Assembly: GCA_016935815.1 (NCBI GenBank)
Contig: JAFGQH010000079.1
Coordinates: 2,328-66,327 of the forward strand
Source: Bacilli bacterium
Lineage (GTDB): Bacteria > Bacillota_I > Bacilli_A > Izemoplasmatales > Hujiaoplasmataceae
Direction: 5' to 3'
DNA length: 64,000 nt
In this document: in pieces, positions 44,584 to 53,934 of the stretch
Layout: every line of letters starts with the position of its first letter
Position numbering within the stretch: position 1 is the first letter of the stretch
The notes under the pieces: generated by a model
Databases searched by the model: none
What the model was told of the DNA's origin: nothing
What the model saw: only the letters and a program-made list of their open reading frames with translations
Program-made: the position numbers and the translations under genes

Positions 44584-46215
44584 TTATTCTTCTGGATCAA
44601 TATAGATGGTCTTTTGATTGGTATAAGTAACAAAGGATCCAAGCGTTCCCGGAACTTTTTTGATGTTTCGAATTCTCGTGTAATCTACTGGAACCGAACT
44701 GGAGTGTCGACTCTTGGAATTTCTTGCGGCTAGCATCGCAGCCATCCGAATGGTCGGTTCCGTCAACTCCTCATCACTCCACACGATCACATGGGATCCC
44801 GTCTGATTCTTGACATGGAACCACCAATGACTCTTATGGGCGTATTTATGTGTGAGAAAATTGTTTTGCAGATTGTTCTTGCCAACCAAGATACGAATAC
44901 CTAATTCATCGGTGTAAGAATCATAGTTCGGTTTCTGTTTCGATTTGTTTGATTTCTTCTTTGAAAGGTATCCGTTTTCAATCAATTCTTCTTGGATTTC
45001 ATTGAGATCGTTCAGTGATTGCGTTTCTTCAATCTGGTCCAATAATTCGCGAAAATAAGCGATTTCCTGTTTTGTTATGGAAATCTGATTTTCGATATGT
45101 GCGACCGCGGTTTTTTGTTTCTTGTATTTGGTATAATACTTGTTCGCATTTTGAATTGGGTTTAACAATCGATCAAGCTCTATCTCGATCTCGGAATCCA
45201 ATTCATAGGAAAATCCTTTGTAGGAAGAATCTCCTCTTTGTATCTGGTTTTGATAGGTGATCAAGGTGTCGCCTTTGATTCTCCAAATATCATTCTCTAA
45301 TGCTTGTTTGAGTTCGATCGTCAACTTTTCGAGTTTGTTCTTTTTACGTTTGTACTCGCGTTTTACAAAGCCATTAAGATACTTATGAATTTGTTTGACA
45401 CGTTCAAGTGCTGACGCTTCCGTGAAGTAGAAATCGATAAGTTCAGAAAGTGTGTCAAAGTATTTTTGATTTTTTGAGAAGATATCAAGATGATAGAATT
45501 CCGTCTTATCGCCAAGAATTATCGTTGGTTTCAACGGTAGATTGATTGCTTCTACATAGGATTGATATGTCATGGAAGGATTGTGATGCGCCGTTCTTAA
45601 GACGTAATTTGCAAACAAAGGTGAAATCCCTTTGATGTGTTCAACGAGGTCCTTATAGGTTCTTTCTTCTTTCAAAAACAATTGAATTGCATTCAAATCG
45701 TTCGGTGATATTTTGTTATCCTGCGGCACCTCATAGACAATACCGTTGGCAATCGTTCGATCTGATGCATCGAATGGAGATACATGTTTGAATGCATTCA
45801 GTATTTGTCTGTTCTCATCCAGTAAAATTAGGTTTGTATAGCGACTGAACATTTCGAAAATGAGATACAGTTTGACCCGGTCTCCAATGTCGTTCGTCGC
45901 ATCTAATGAAATTTCCATAATCCGATCTTCCGACAAGGTTTGGATAGAGTCAATGAATCCGCCTTCCAAATGCTTCCTTAAGAACATGCAAAAACCACCG
46001 GGAAGATAATCCGATGGATAGGTTTGTTGTGTCAGATTTACCCTTGAAAGGGATGTCGACAAAGACAGATATAGTTTTTTGTTTTGATTGTTGACACGAA
46101 TTTGAAACAAGAAATCGGTTTTCCCTAGCTGAGTGACTTTTTGAAGTCTACCCGTAGTGACTTCCGATTGCAGTTCTTGGGCCAAAAACGATAAAAAACG
46201 ACCGTCCATGCTCAT
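44584..46215 (-). CDS. rqcH: Ribosome quality control protein RqcH (FbpA/NFACT family)
   Basis: MSMDG, FCMFLRKHLEGG, DRI, NANKYYxKYKK, ILVGKNNLQN, WFHVK..GSHV, VPVDYT. Confidence 0.92.
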   Translation of the reverse strand: MSMDGRFLSFLAQELQSEVTTGRLQKVTQLGKTDFLFQIRVNNQNKKLYLSLSTSLSRVNLTQQTYPSDYLPGGFCMFLRKHLEGGFIDSIQTLSEDRIMEISLDATNDIGDRVKLYLIFEMFSRYTNLILLDENRQILNAFKHVSPFDASDRTIANGIVYEVPQDNKISPNDLNAIQLFLKEERTYKDLVEHIKGISPLFANYVLRTAHHNPSMTYQSYVEAINLPLKPTIILGDKTEFYHLDIFSKNQKYFDTLSELIDFYFTEASALERVKQIHKYLNGFVKREYKRKKNKLEKLTIELKQALENDIWRIKGDTLITYQNQIQRGDSSYKGFSYELDSEIEIELDRLLNPIQNANKYYTKYKKQKTAVAHIENQISITKQEIAYFRELLDQIEETQSLNDLNEIQEELIENGYLSKKKSNKSKQKPNYDSYTDELGIRILVGKNNLQNNFLTHKYAHKSHWWFHVKNQTGSHVIVWSDEELTEPTIRMAAMLAARNSKSRHSSSVPVDYTRIRNIKKVPGTLGSFVTYTNQKTIYIDPEE

Positions 46216-46328
46216 GCTATCACCAAAATCATTATAACACGGTTTAAAAACATTTACTATTTATATTATTTGTGTTATCATATAACATAATAATTGGTTA
46301 TATGGTATTTCAGATTGGGGGGATTGTC

Positions 46329-46949
46329 TTGAAACTCAACGAAAAAGGACTACTTGTCATCATGAGCGGTCCGAGTGGAGTCGGAAAAGGCACTATCAGG
46401 AAAGCATTGTTTGAAATTCCGGATAACAACTTCTGTTATTCCGTTTCCATGACAACCAGAAAACCGAGACCGGGAGAAATCGATGGTCTGGATTATTTCT
46501 TTGTCAGCAAAGAAGAATTTGAAAGTCGCATCGCGAAAAACGGATTCTTGGAATACGCAGAATTCGTCGGCGAATATTATGGTACCCCAATCGATTATAT
46601 CGAAAACCAAATGGAAGCTGGCAAAGAAGTGATTGTGGAAATCGAAGTGCAAGGTGCTTTACAGATTCAAGAAAAGATTCCGGAAGCAGTCTTCGTCTTC
46701 ATCGTTCCACCATCCAAAAAAGCGTTGATTGAACGTCTTCAAAACCGTGGCACGGACACACCTGAGAAAATCACAAAACGGGTTGAAAAAGCAGAACGTG
46801 AATATTCATTGGCATACAAGTATGACTATATCGTTGTTAACGATGATGTCTACAACGCAGCAGATAGAATATATGCGATCATTCGTGCCGAACATGCCAA
46901 GACCGAGCGGTCAATCCACAAATACTATAAATTATTGGAGGGCAAATAA
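46329..46949 (+). CDS. gmk: Guanylate kinase
   Basis: SGPSGVGKGT, SMTTRKPRPGE, YYGTP, EIEVQGA; TTG start after GGGGGG. Confidence 0.96.
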   Translation: MKLNEKGLLVIMSGPSGVGKGTIRKALFEIPDNNFCYSVSMTTRKPRPGEIDGLDYFFVSKEEFESRIAKNGFLEYAEFVGEYYGTPIDYIENQMEAGKEVIVEIEVQGALQIQEKIPEAVFVFIVPPSKKALIERLQNRGTDTPEKITKRVEKAEREYSLAYKYDYIVVNDDVYNAADRIYAIIRAEHAKTERSIHKYYKLLEGK

Positions 46950-47293
46950 TGATAAAGGAAAAAGATTTGGAAAAATTGCTTGAAATGAGAGAGGAAATCG
47001 ATATGAACTATCGTCCTGTTCAAGGAAATCGTTTTGGAGATTACGTCTTCAGCGGTGACCTCGAGGACAAGAAGGTAAAACCGATTCCAAAAAACACGGA
47101 AGGATTACGTTATCCTTCCATCGATGATCTCCTTCAGGTTGTCGATTCCAAATACAAATTGGCTTACATCGCTGCCAAACGAGCTAAAATCATAAAAAAA
47201 GATGAATATTCATCGGTTGAAAATCGTTGCGTCAAGCCAGTTGGTAAAGCCTTGGAAGAAATTTTAGCAAAGAAAGTATCAGCGAAATTCTAA
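46949..47293 (+). CDS. rpoZ: RNA polymerase omega subunit with N-terminal extension
   Basis: YPSIDDLL..VDSKYxL..AAKRA and KPVGKALEEI; follows gmk. Confidence 0.9.
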   Translation: MIKEKDLEKLLEMREEIDMNYRPVQGNRFGDYVFSGDLEDKKVKPIPKNTEGLRYPSIDDLLQVVDSKYKLAYIAAKRAKIIKKDEYSSVENRCVKPVGKALEEILAKKVSAKF

Positions 47294-47317
47294 AAACAGC
47301 TTAGGCTGTTTTTTTTA
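47292..47317 (+). terminator. Intrinsic terminator after rpoZ
   Basis: AAAAACAGC-ttag-GCTGTTTTTTTT. Confidence 0.75.
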
Positions 47318-47372
47318 TGATTTTCATAAAAAAAGACGCTTGAATTATGTTATAATATACTTTAGTTTGGAG

Positions 47373-50300
47373 ATGATTTATTTGAATTACATCGATGTCC
47401 TTTTAGAGAAATTACAACTGGAAGATGCAATCATAAAAGAATACTGCAAAGTATCGAACCTGGAGGTGGACGAACTCTCGGAAACCTGGAAGTTCGATCT
47501 CGTTTTTAGTCAAACAATTCCGATCCTTCATTATCGGAATTTTATCAGTTATCTCAAACGCATATCGTCTTTTATCCCCAGTGTGAAAGAAGTCGAATAT
47601 CAAACCACATTTGAGGATATCGATCCGGAAATGATTCTTGATTATTATGATTTTGCAATTGACATCATATTGGACTCAAACAAACGCATCTTGCCGTTAA
47701 AGGAGTATGAAACCGATCTCGAGGATAAAACAATTAAGATTTTTGTTCCACAAGGAGCCATCAGTGCTTCAATCTTCCGCGAAGAAATCGAGAACGAGAT
47801 GAAGAAAAACGGATTCTCATGTTCACTTGAAATTATCGTTGATGAACAGCAGGAGACGATTGACGAATCAATTCAAAACGATATCAATACCTTTGTGGAA
47901 GCAAATCGGATTGACTTCGATGAGACCATAGAATACATCTCACTAACCAATGGTGGAGAAATCAATAATTTCTCACCTATCAAAGAGATTCCCCTTACAG
48001 AAATGGAACTTGAGGAATATAAAGAACGCCACGGTGGAAAAGCGATCATTTCCGTCCAGGGAATCGTTGTTTACTCAGAATTCATTGAAAACAAAAACAG
48101 CGGAATTGTCAAATTGGTTGTCACCGATGGGGAAGATTCCATATTTCTTACGAAGAAAAACTTGCGTTCAGCGGATTTGGATTTTTACAAACAAATTGAA
48201 AACAATCATGGCATCAAAGCGAAATGTTATGCTCAATACGATACCTTCCAACAAGAAGTGGTATTAGTACCAATAGCGATTGCCAGATCGAATAAACCAA
48301 TCAAAACGGATCAAAGAACCGATGACGCACCAAAGAAACGTGTTGAATTACATCTCCACACAAAAATGTCTGCGATGGATGGCGTCAACGATATTATGGA
48401 TTATTTAAACCGCGCTAAAGAATGGGGACACACAGCGATTGGTGTAAGCGATCATGGCTCTGTTCAAACCTTCCCGGAACTCTTCAACAAAACCAGAGGT
48501 GGTTCTGTCAAACCTCTATATGGTGTTGAGATGACTTTTGTGGATGATGAAAACATCTATATCACGAGAGGAGAATCCAACTTGTTGTTATCGGAAGCGA
48601 CTTATGTCGTTTTCGATATCGAGACCACTGGATTATCTGTCACCTATGATACCTTAATCGAAATCGCAGGAGTCAAAGTCAAAAACGGAGCGATACTTAG
48701 CAAGTTTTCGGAATTTGTCGACCCGCTTCGAGACATTTCATCATTCACTGAAAATCTCACTGGAATCTCCAATCAGATGGTGCGTGGGAAACGGGTTCTA
48801 AAAGAAGTTTTGAAAGACTTCCATGAATTCACCAAAGACTGTATTTTGGTCGCCCATAATGCAGATTTTGATCTGGGATTCCTATATTACAATTACCGCA
48901 ACTTGGGAATCACAAATCAAGTCAATCCTTCAATTGATACTTTGGTTTTGGCGAAAGTTCTTTTGCCAACTAAGAAACAATTCTCTTTGGCACGATTAGC
49001 AAAAGAATTCAAAGTTCCACTCGACAATCATCATCGCGCAATCAACGATGCGGAAGCAACCACAGAAGTATTCTTGCACCTCTTGAAGCGCGTTAAAAAA
49101 CAAGGGTTTAACCGCTTCAAAGACATGAATCTGATGATTCAACACGATGAAGTGTACAAATATCCGTATCCGACCCATATCAACCTTCTGGTACAAGAAC
49201 AGGTTGGTTTGAAAAATCTTTATCGTTTACTATCGGAAGGTCTCACGACCTATTATGATCGGGGCGATGCGAAACTCCTGAAATCCAAACTTCAAAAATA
49301 CCGCAAAGGCCTTTTGGTTTCCAGTGGATGTTATAATTCGCACTTCTTTGAGATTGCGATGAACAAAACCAGGAAAGAGCTAGTTGAGGTTGCGAAATTT
49401 TATGATTATTTGGAAGTCCAACCACCGAGTTATTTCATCTATTTATCGGATGAGAATCCGAATTGGAAAAACATGATTCAGGACGTCATCAAAAGAGTAG
49501 TAGAAGTCGGTAAGGAATTGCAAATTCCTGTTGTTGCGACCGGAGATGTCCATCATTTGGATTCCAGAGATATGAAATATCGCGAAATCATGATAAACAC
49601 ACCGGTAGTGGGAGGGGGACTTCATCCCCTATATTATCGCAAAAACAAACCGAATCAATATTTCATGACCACAGAAGAAATGCTGGTGGAGTTCGCTTTC
49701 TTAGGAACGGATACCGCAATGGAAATTGTTGTTGAGAATTCCAATAAGATTGCGGAATCCGTTGAAGACATAACCATTATTCCAGATGAACTCTTTGCTC
49801 CAACAGATGAATTTTTGGCAGAAAAGGGTATTCCTTCCATTAAGACAAAAGTTGAGAAGATGGTGCAGGAAAAGGTCCGTTCTATTTATGGTGACCCGCT
49901 TCCCGAAATCGTTAAAAGAAGAGTCGATCGTGAGTTGAGCAACATCATCGAACATCAATTTTCCACCGTCTATTTTATTTCTCACCTTTTGGTTAATAAG
50001 AGCTTGGAAGATGGATATCTCGTTGGTTCTAGAGGATCTGTAGGAAGTTCCTTGGTTGCTACTTTGATGGATATCACAGAGGTGAATCCTTTACCACCAC
50101 ATTATGTATGTCCAAAATGTCATTTTTCTGCATTTAAGAAAACCGCAGATGAAAAAATGGCAATGGGTGAAAACGACTTTGAAAAAGCCAATGCCCAGGT
50201 ATTTGAAAATACCGACTGCGGATGGGACTTACCAAAAGCGAAATGTCCTGTATGTTCTACTGAGATGGTAAAAGATGGACATGATATCCCGTTTGAAACC

Positions 50301-51845
50301 TTCCTTGGATTCGAGGGTGACAAAATACCGGATATCGATTTGAACTTCTCAGGAGAATACCAAAGTATCGTTCACGAATATATACGCGAACTGTTTGGAA
50401 AGAATCATGCCTTCCGAGCCGGTACAATCGGAACTTCAGCAGCGAGAACTTCTTTCTTGATGGTTCGAGATTTCTATGATAAAATCAATGAAAAAAGAAG
50501 AGAAAAAGGATTGGAGCCAATTCGAATTCGACGTGCAGAGATGGAACGATTAGCACGTGGTATCGAAGGATCCAAACGATCCAGCGGACAACACCCAGGT
50601 GGAATTGTAGTTGTTCCAAATACCAACGAAATCTACGACTTCACACCGGTTCAATATCCAGGTACCGCAACGGATACTTCTTGGAAAACCACGCATTTCG
50701 ATTATCACTCGATTGAAAAAAATCTATTCAAATTGGATGTATTGGGACATGATGATCCGACCATGATTCGTTATCTTATGGATTTGGTTCGCGAGAATCA
50801 ATCCGAATTTCCATTTCAAGACGCAAAATCGATTCCAGTAGATGACCCGGATGTATATAAATTGTTATCCAGTATCGATATCATCGACTTGAAAAAAGAA
50901 GATCTTAATTCCGAAGTGGCGTCTTTTGGTATTCCGGAGTTCGGAACCAACTTTGTCCGAGGGATGTTGACAGAATCAAGACCGAAATCCTTTGCGGAAT
51001 TGGTTAAAATATCCGGGCTTTCCCATGGAACAGATGTCTGGATCGGTAATAGTCAAACTTTGGTGTCTGGATCGAACAAATCATATGCCAAAGTAGAGTT
51101 CAAGGATATCATCGGATGTCGTGACGATATCATGGTCGACTTGATCGACTTCGGTTTGGAACCGACAGTCGCATTCGAAATCATGGAGTTTGTCCGGAAG
51201 GGAAAAGCTGGAAAGAATCCCGATAAATGGGCTTCTTACGCTGATGTCATGAGAAACTCTCGAGTTCCGGAATGGTATATTTGGTCTTGTTCTAAGATTC
51301 AATACATGTTCCCGAAAGCCCATGCGACCGCTTATGTTCTTATGGCAATGAGGATCGCTTGGTTCAAACTCTATCGGCCTATCTATTTCTATGCCGCCTA
51401 TTTCTCGAAAAGAGCATCTTTATTTGATGCGGATGCCTTGTACAACAACTACGAGGGAATCAGTCGCAAGATTCGCGAAATCAAAGACATGGGGAATTCT
51501 GCAACCGATCGTGAGCAAAATCTCTTAACCGTCCTAGAAGTCGCATTGGAAATGGTAAAACGGGGATTCAATTTCAAACCGATTGATTTGTACAAATCGG
51601 ATTCCAAGAATTTTGTCATCGATGAGGATAAGAAATCACTGATTTTACCATTCATCGTTGTCGATTCTTTAGGTACCAATGTGGCAGAAACGATCATCCA
51701 GGCAAGAGAAGAAAAACCATTCATCTCAAAACAAGATGTTAAGAATCGAACCAAGTTGAGTTCAACTCTGTTTACCAGATTGGAAGAACTCGGAACCTTT
51801 GACGGAATGATCGAGAAAAACCAGATGTCGTTGTTCGATTTGTAA
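47373..51845 (+). CDS. polC: DNA polymerase III PolC
   Basis: RVELHLHTKMS (PHP), FDIETTG exonuclease, HHRA, GSRGSVGSS, PDIDLNF, KLDVLGHDDPT, YMFPKAHA. Start is ATG 47373 or TTG 47382. Confidence 0.97.
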   Translation: MIYLNYIDVLLEKLQLEDAIIKEYCKVSNLEVDELSETWKFDLVFSQTIPILHYRNFISYLKRISSFIPSVKEVEYQTTFEDIDPEMILDYYDFAIDIILDSNKRILPLKEYETDLEDKTIKIFVPQGAISASIFREEIENEMKKNGFSCSLEIIVDEQQETIDESIQNDINTFVEANRIDFDETIEYISLTNGGEINNFSPIKEIPLTEMELEEYKERHGGKAIISVQGIVVYSEFIENKNSGIVKLVVTDGEDSIFLTKKNLRSADLDFYKQIENNHGIKAKCYAQYDTFQQEVVLVPIAIARSNKPIKTDQRTDDAPKKRVELHLHTKMSAMDGVNDIMDYLNRAKEWGHTAIGVSDHGSVQTFPELFNKTRGGSVKPLYGVEMTFVDDENIYITRGESNLLLSEATYVVFDIETTGLSVTYDTLIEIAGVKVKNGAILSKFSEFVDPLRDISSFTENLTGISNQMVRGKRVLKEVLKDFHEFTKDCILVAHNADFDLGFLYYNYRNLGITNQVNPSIDTLVLAKVLLPTKKQFSLARLAKEFKVPLDNHHRAINDAEATTEVFLHLLKRVKKQGFNRFKDMNLMIQHDEVYKYPYPTHINLLVQEQVGLKNLYRLLSEGLTTYYDRGDAKLLKSKLQKYRKGLLVSSGCYNSHFFEIAMNKTRKELVEVAKFYDYLEVQPPSYFIYLSDENPNWKNMIQDVIKRVVEVGKELQIPVVATGDVHHLDSRDMKYREIMINTPVVGGGLHPLYYRKNKPNQYFMTTEEMLVEFAFLGTDTAMEIVVENSNKIAESVEDITIIPDELFAPTDEFLAEKGIPSIKTKVEKMVQEKVRSIYGDPLPEIVKRRVDRELSNIIEHQFSTVYFISHLLVNKSLEDGYLVGSRGSVGSSLVATLMDITEVNPLPPHYVCPKCHFSAFKKTADEKMAMGENDFEKANAQVFENTDCGWDLPKAKCPVCSTEMVKDGHDIPFETFLGFEGDKIPDIDLNFSGEYQSIVHEYIRELFGKNHAFRAGTIGTSAARTSFLMVRDFYDKINEKRREKGLEPIRIRRAEMERLARGIEGSKRSSGQHPGGIVVVPNTNEIYDFTPVQYPGTATDTSWKTTHFDYHSIEKNLFKLDVLGHDDPTMIRYLMDLVRENQSEFPFQDAKSIPVDDPDVYKLLSSIDIIDLKKEDLNSEVASFGIPEFGTNFVRGMLTESRPKSFAELVKISGLSHGTDVWIGNSQTLVSGSNKSYAKVEFKDIIGCRDDIMVDLIDFGLEPTVAFEIMEFVRKGKAGKNPDKWASYADVMRNSRVPEWYIWSCSKIQYMFPKAHATAYVLMAMRIAWFKLYRPIYFYAAYFSKRASLFDADALYNNYEGISRKIREIKDMGNSATDREQNLLTVLEVALEMVKRGFNFKPIDLYKSDSKNFVIDEDKKSLILPFIVVDSLGTNVAETIIQAREEKPFISKQDVKNRTKLSSTLFTRLEELGTFDGMIEKNQMSLFDL

Positions 51846-51918
51846 AAAAAACAATTGATTATCATAATTTCAACATAATTACGTGTATAATATATAGTTG
51901 GATATTGGAGGTTTCATA

Positions 51919-52617
51919 ATGAGAATCATGAGGAGTACGAATCCTGTCTTTCGCTCTGTAAGACAAGATACCTATATAAGCGATCAGCCGGTTACATATG
52001 CCAATGTGACATATAAGACGCTGTTTTTGACGCTTCTTGTCATGGGTAGCGCATATTTCATGCTCTATCTCGGTCAAGTCAGTTATTTCACTTTGATCGG
52101 AGCGGTTATCGTCGGTTTTGTTTCCGTTATTGTGGGAACGAGATCGGTTCGATTATCTCCGTATTTTTCCGTGATTTATGCTTTGTCTGAAGGTGTCCTT
52201 CTTGGAGTGATTTCCGGTATCTACATGGATGCATTTGATGATGGCATCGTTCCGACCGCAATGCTTACCACATTGCTCGTGGTATTCATCATGTTGATTC
52301 TATATACTACTAGAATCATCAAGGTGACACAGCGTTTTGCTTCCGTGTTGGTGATATCCTTGTTGGCAGTCATCTTGATGGCAGTTCTGGCAATCTTCTT
52401 GCCATTCGCTAGTTCGTTCTACTACATCATTGTCATCGCCTCCGCTGTCTTGTCCGCATTCTTCTTATTGCTTGATTTCCGATCCATCGAATATGCGGTG
52501 GAATCCGGTATGGATCAACGCTATGGGTGGATCTTATCGCTTGGTCTTCTGGTCACAATCGTTTGGATCTACATCGAGATGTTGCGTTTGCTTGCGATTT
52601 TCGGCCGTAGAAACTGA
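51919..52617 (+). CDS. Bax inhibitor-1/YccA family membrane protein
   Basis: MRSTNPVF, YALSEGVLLG.IS, LLLDF..IE, GLLVTIVWIYIEMLRLL; about 7 TMs. Confidence 0.88.
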   Translation: MRIMRSTNPVFRSVRQDTYISDQPVTYANVTYKTLFLTLLVMGSAYFMLYLGQVSYFTLIGAVIVGFVSVIVGTRSVRLSPYFSVIYALSEGVLLGVISGIYMDAFDDGIVPTAMLTTLLVVFIMLILYTTRIIKVTQRFASVLVISLLAVILMAVLAIFLPFASSFYYIIVIASAVLSAFFLLLDFRSIEYAVESGMDQRYGWILSLGLLVTIVWIYIEMLRLLAIFGRRN

Positions 52618-52624
52618 TTAAGGG

Positions 52625-52652
52625 TTGCATTATTTATAAATATTGTTATAAT
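52625..52652 (+). promoter_or_regulatory. SigA-type promoter of pheST
   Basis: TTGCAT-16 nt-TATAAT with a TG extension. Confidence 0.6.
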
Positions 52653-52666
52653 GAAAATATATTAAT

Positions 52667-52880
52667 ACAGTGACGAAGGAGTAGTACTCAGGAAAACATG
52701 TCCAAGAGAGAGATGCCATGAGCTGAAAGCATTTCGAGATGCACCTGAAGAATTCGCCTTCCGAGTGAGACCAATCCTCTCCGTCACCCCGCGTTAAGGG
52801 GACTAGAGTGCCGGCTGTTGCCGGAACTAAGGTGGTACCACGGTTATGTTAATCGTCCTTTTCATAAGGGCGATTTTTTT
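52667..52880 (+). ncRNA. T-box riboswitch (Phe, specifier UUC)
   Basis: AGAGAG and GCTGAA stem I motifs, GAA-TTC-G specifier, GCGTTA, AAGGTGGTACCACG, terminator AATCGTCCTT..AAGGGCGATTTTTTT. Confidence 0.92.
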
Positions 52881-52898
52881 ATTTATTAGGAGGACTAT

Positions 52899-53933
52899 AT
52901 GGAAAAAAAACTGAAAGGTTTGATACAAGAATTGGAAACCAAATTGGCTTCTATCGAAACGGTCAATGATTTGAATTTGTTGAAAGCGGAATATCTTGGT
53001 AAAAAAAGTGTTTTCAACGATCTCATGAAACAACTCAAAGATGTATCGAACGAGGAAAAACCAAGATTCGGTAAGTTGATAAATGAAGCAAAACAAGAAA
53101 TCGCCGCTAAGCTAGACTCCGCTAGGGCTGAATTGGAACGCAAACTAGTGGCATCCAAACTGAAATCAGAAGCGATTGATGTGACTTTACCAGGGAAAAG
53201 CGTCAATACTGGATCAAAACACTTGATCTCTCAAGTGATTGAAGAAGTGGAAGACATCTTTATCGGTTTGGGTTATACCGTCAAAGAAGGACCGGAAGTG
53301 GAATCGGACAAATACAACTTCGAAATGTTGAATTTACCCAAAGATCATCCCGCAAGAGATATGCAGGATTCTTTATATATCTCCGAAGAAACGTTGTTGC
53401 GAACTCACACATCACCGGTTCAGGTACGGAGCTTGCTTGAAAATAGCAACCAAGAACCGATGAAAATCATATGCCCCGGAAAAGTATACCGGAAAGACGA
53501 CGATGACCAAACCCATTCGCATCAATTTACTCAAGTGGAAGCATTGGTTGTCGATGAGAAAGCAAACTTGGCGGATTTGAAAGGGACTTTACTGTTCGTG
53601 GCGCAGAAGTTGTTCGGCGAAGAACGTGAAATCCGATTAAGACCTTCCTATTTTCCATTTACCGAACCAAGCGTAGAGGTCGATGTAAGTTGTTACAAAT
53701 GTGGCGGTGTGGGATGCAGTATGTGCGGAAACACCGGCTGGATCGAAATCTTAGGTGCAGGCATGGTGAATAACAATGTTCTTCGTGATGCTGGATACGA
53801 TCCAAATCGATTCCAAGGTTTTGCTTTGGGAATGGGAGTTGAACGAATCGCCATTTTGAAACACGGAGTGGATGATATCCGAGCATTCTATACAAATGAT
53901 CTTCGCTTCAACAAGCAGTTTAGGGGGAAGTAA
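52899..53933 (+). CDS. pheS: Phenylalanine--tRNA ligase alpha subunit
   Basis: [46 protein letters not shown]. Confidence 0.98.
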   Translation: MEKKLKGLIQELETKLASIETVNDLNLLKAEYLGKKSVFNDLMKQLKDVSNEEKPRFGKLINEAKQEIAAKLDSARAELERKLVASKLKSEAIDVTLPGKSVNTGSKHLISQVIEEVEDIFIGLGYTVKEGPEVESDKYNFEMLNLPKDHPARDMQDSLYISEETLLRTHTSPVQVRSLLENSNQEPMKIICPGKVYRKDDDDQTHSHQFTQVEALVVDEKANLADLKGTLLFVAQKLFGEEREIRLRPSYFPFTEPSVEVDVSCYKCGGVGCSMCGNTGWIEILGAGMVNNNVLRDAGYDPNRFQGFALGMGVERIAILKHGVDDIRAFYTNDLRFNKQFRGK

Positions 53934-53934
53934 G

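Noticed and set aside
51853-51869. Fur-box-like AATTGATTATCATAATT upstream of the YccA-family gene
   Set aside because: Only a partial match in very AT-rich DNA, with no iron-related context.
23795-52880. Three near-identical ~50-nt sequences (AAGGTGGTACC..ATCGTCCTT..AGGGCGATTTTTTT) that look like a dispersed repeat
   Set aside because: They are the antiterminator/terminator modules of the tyrS, thrS and pheS T-boxes.
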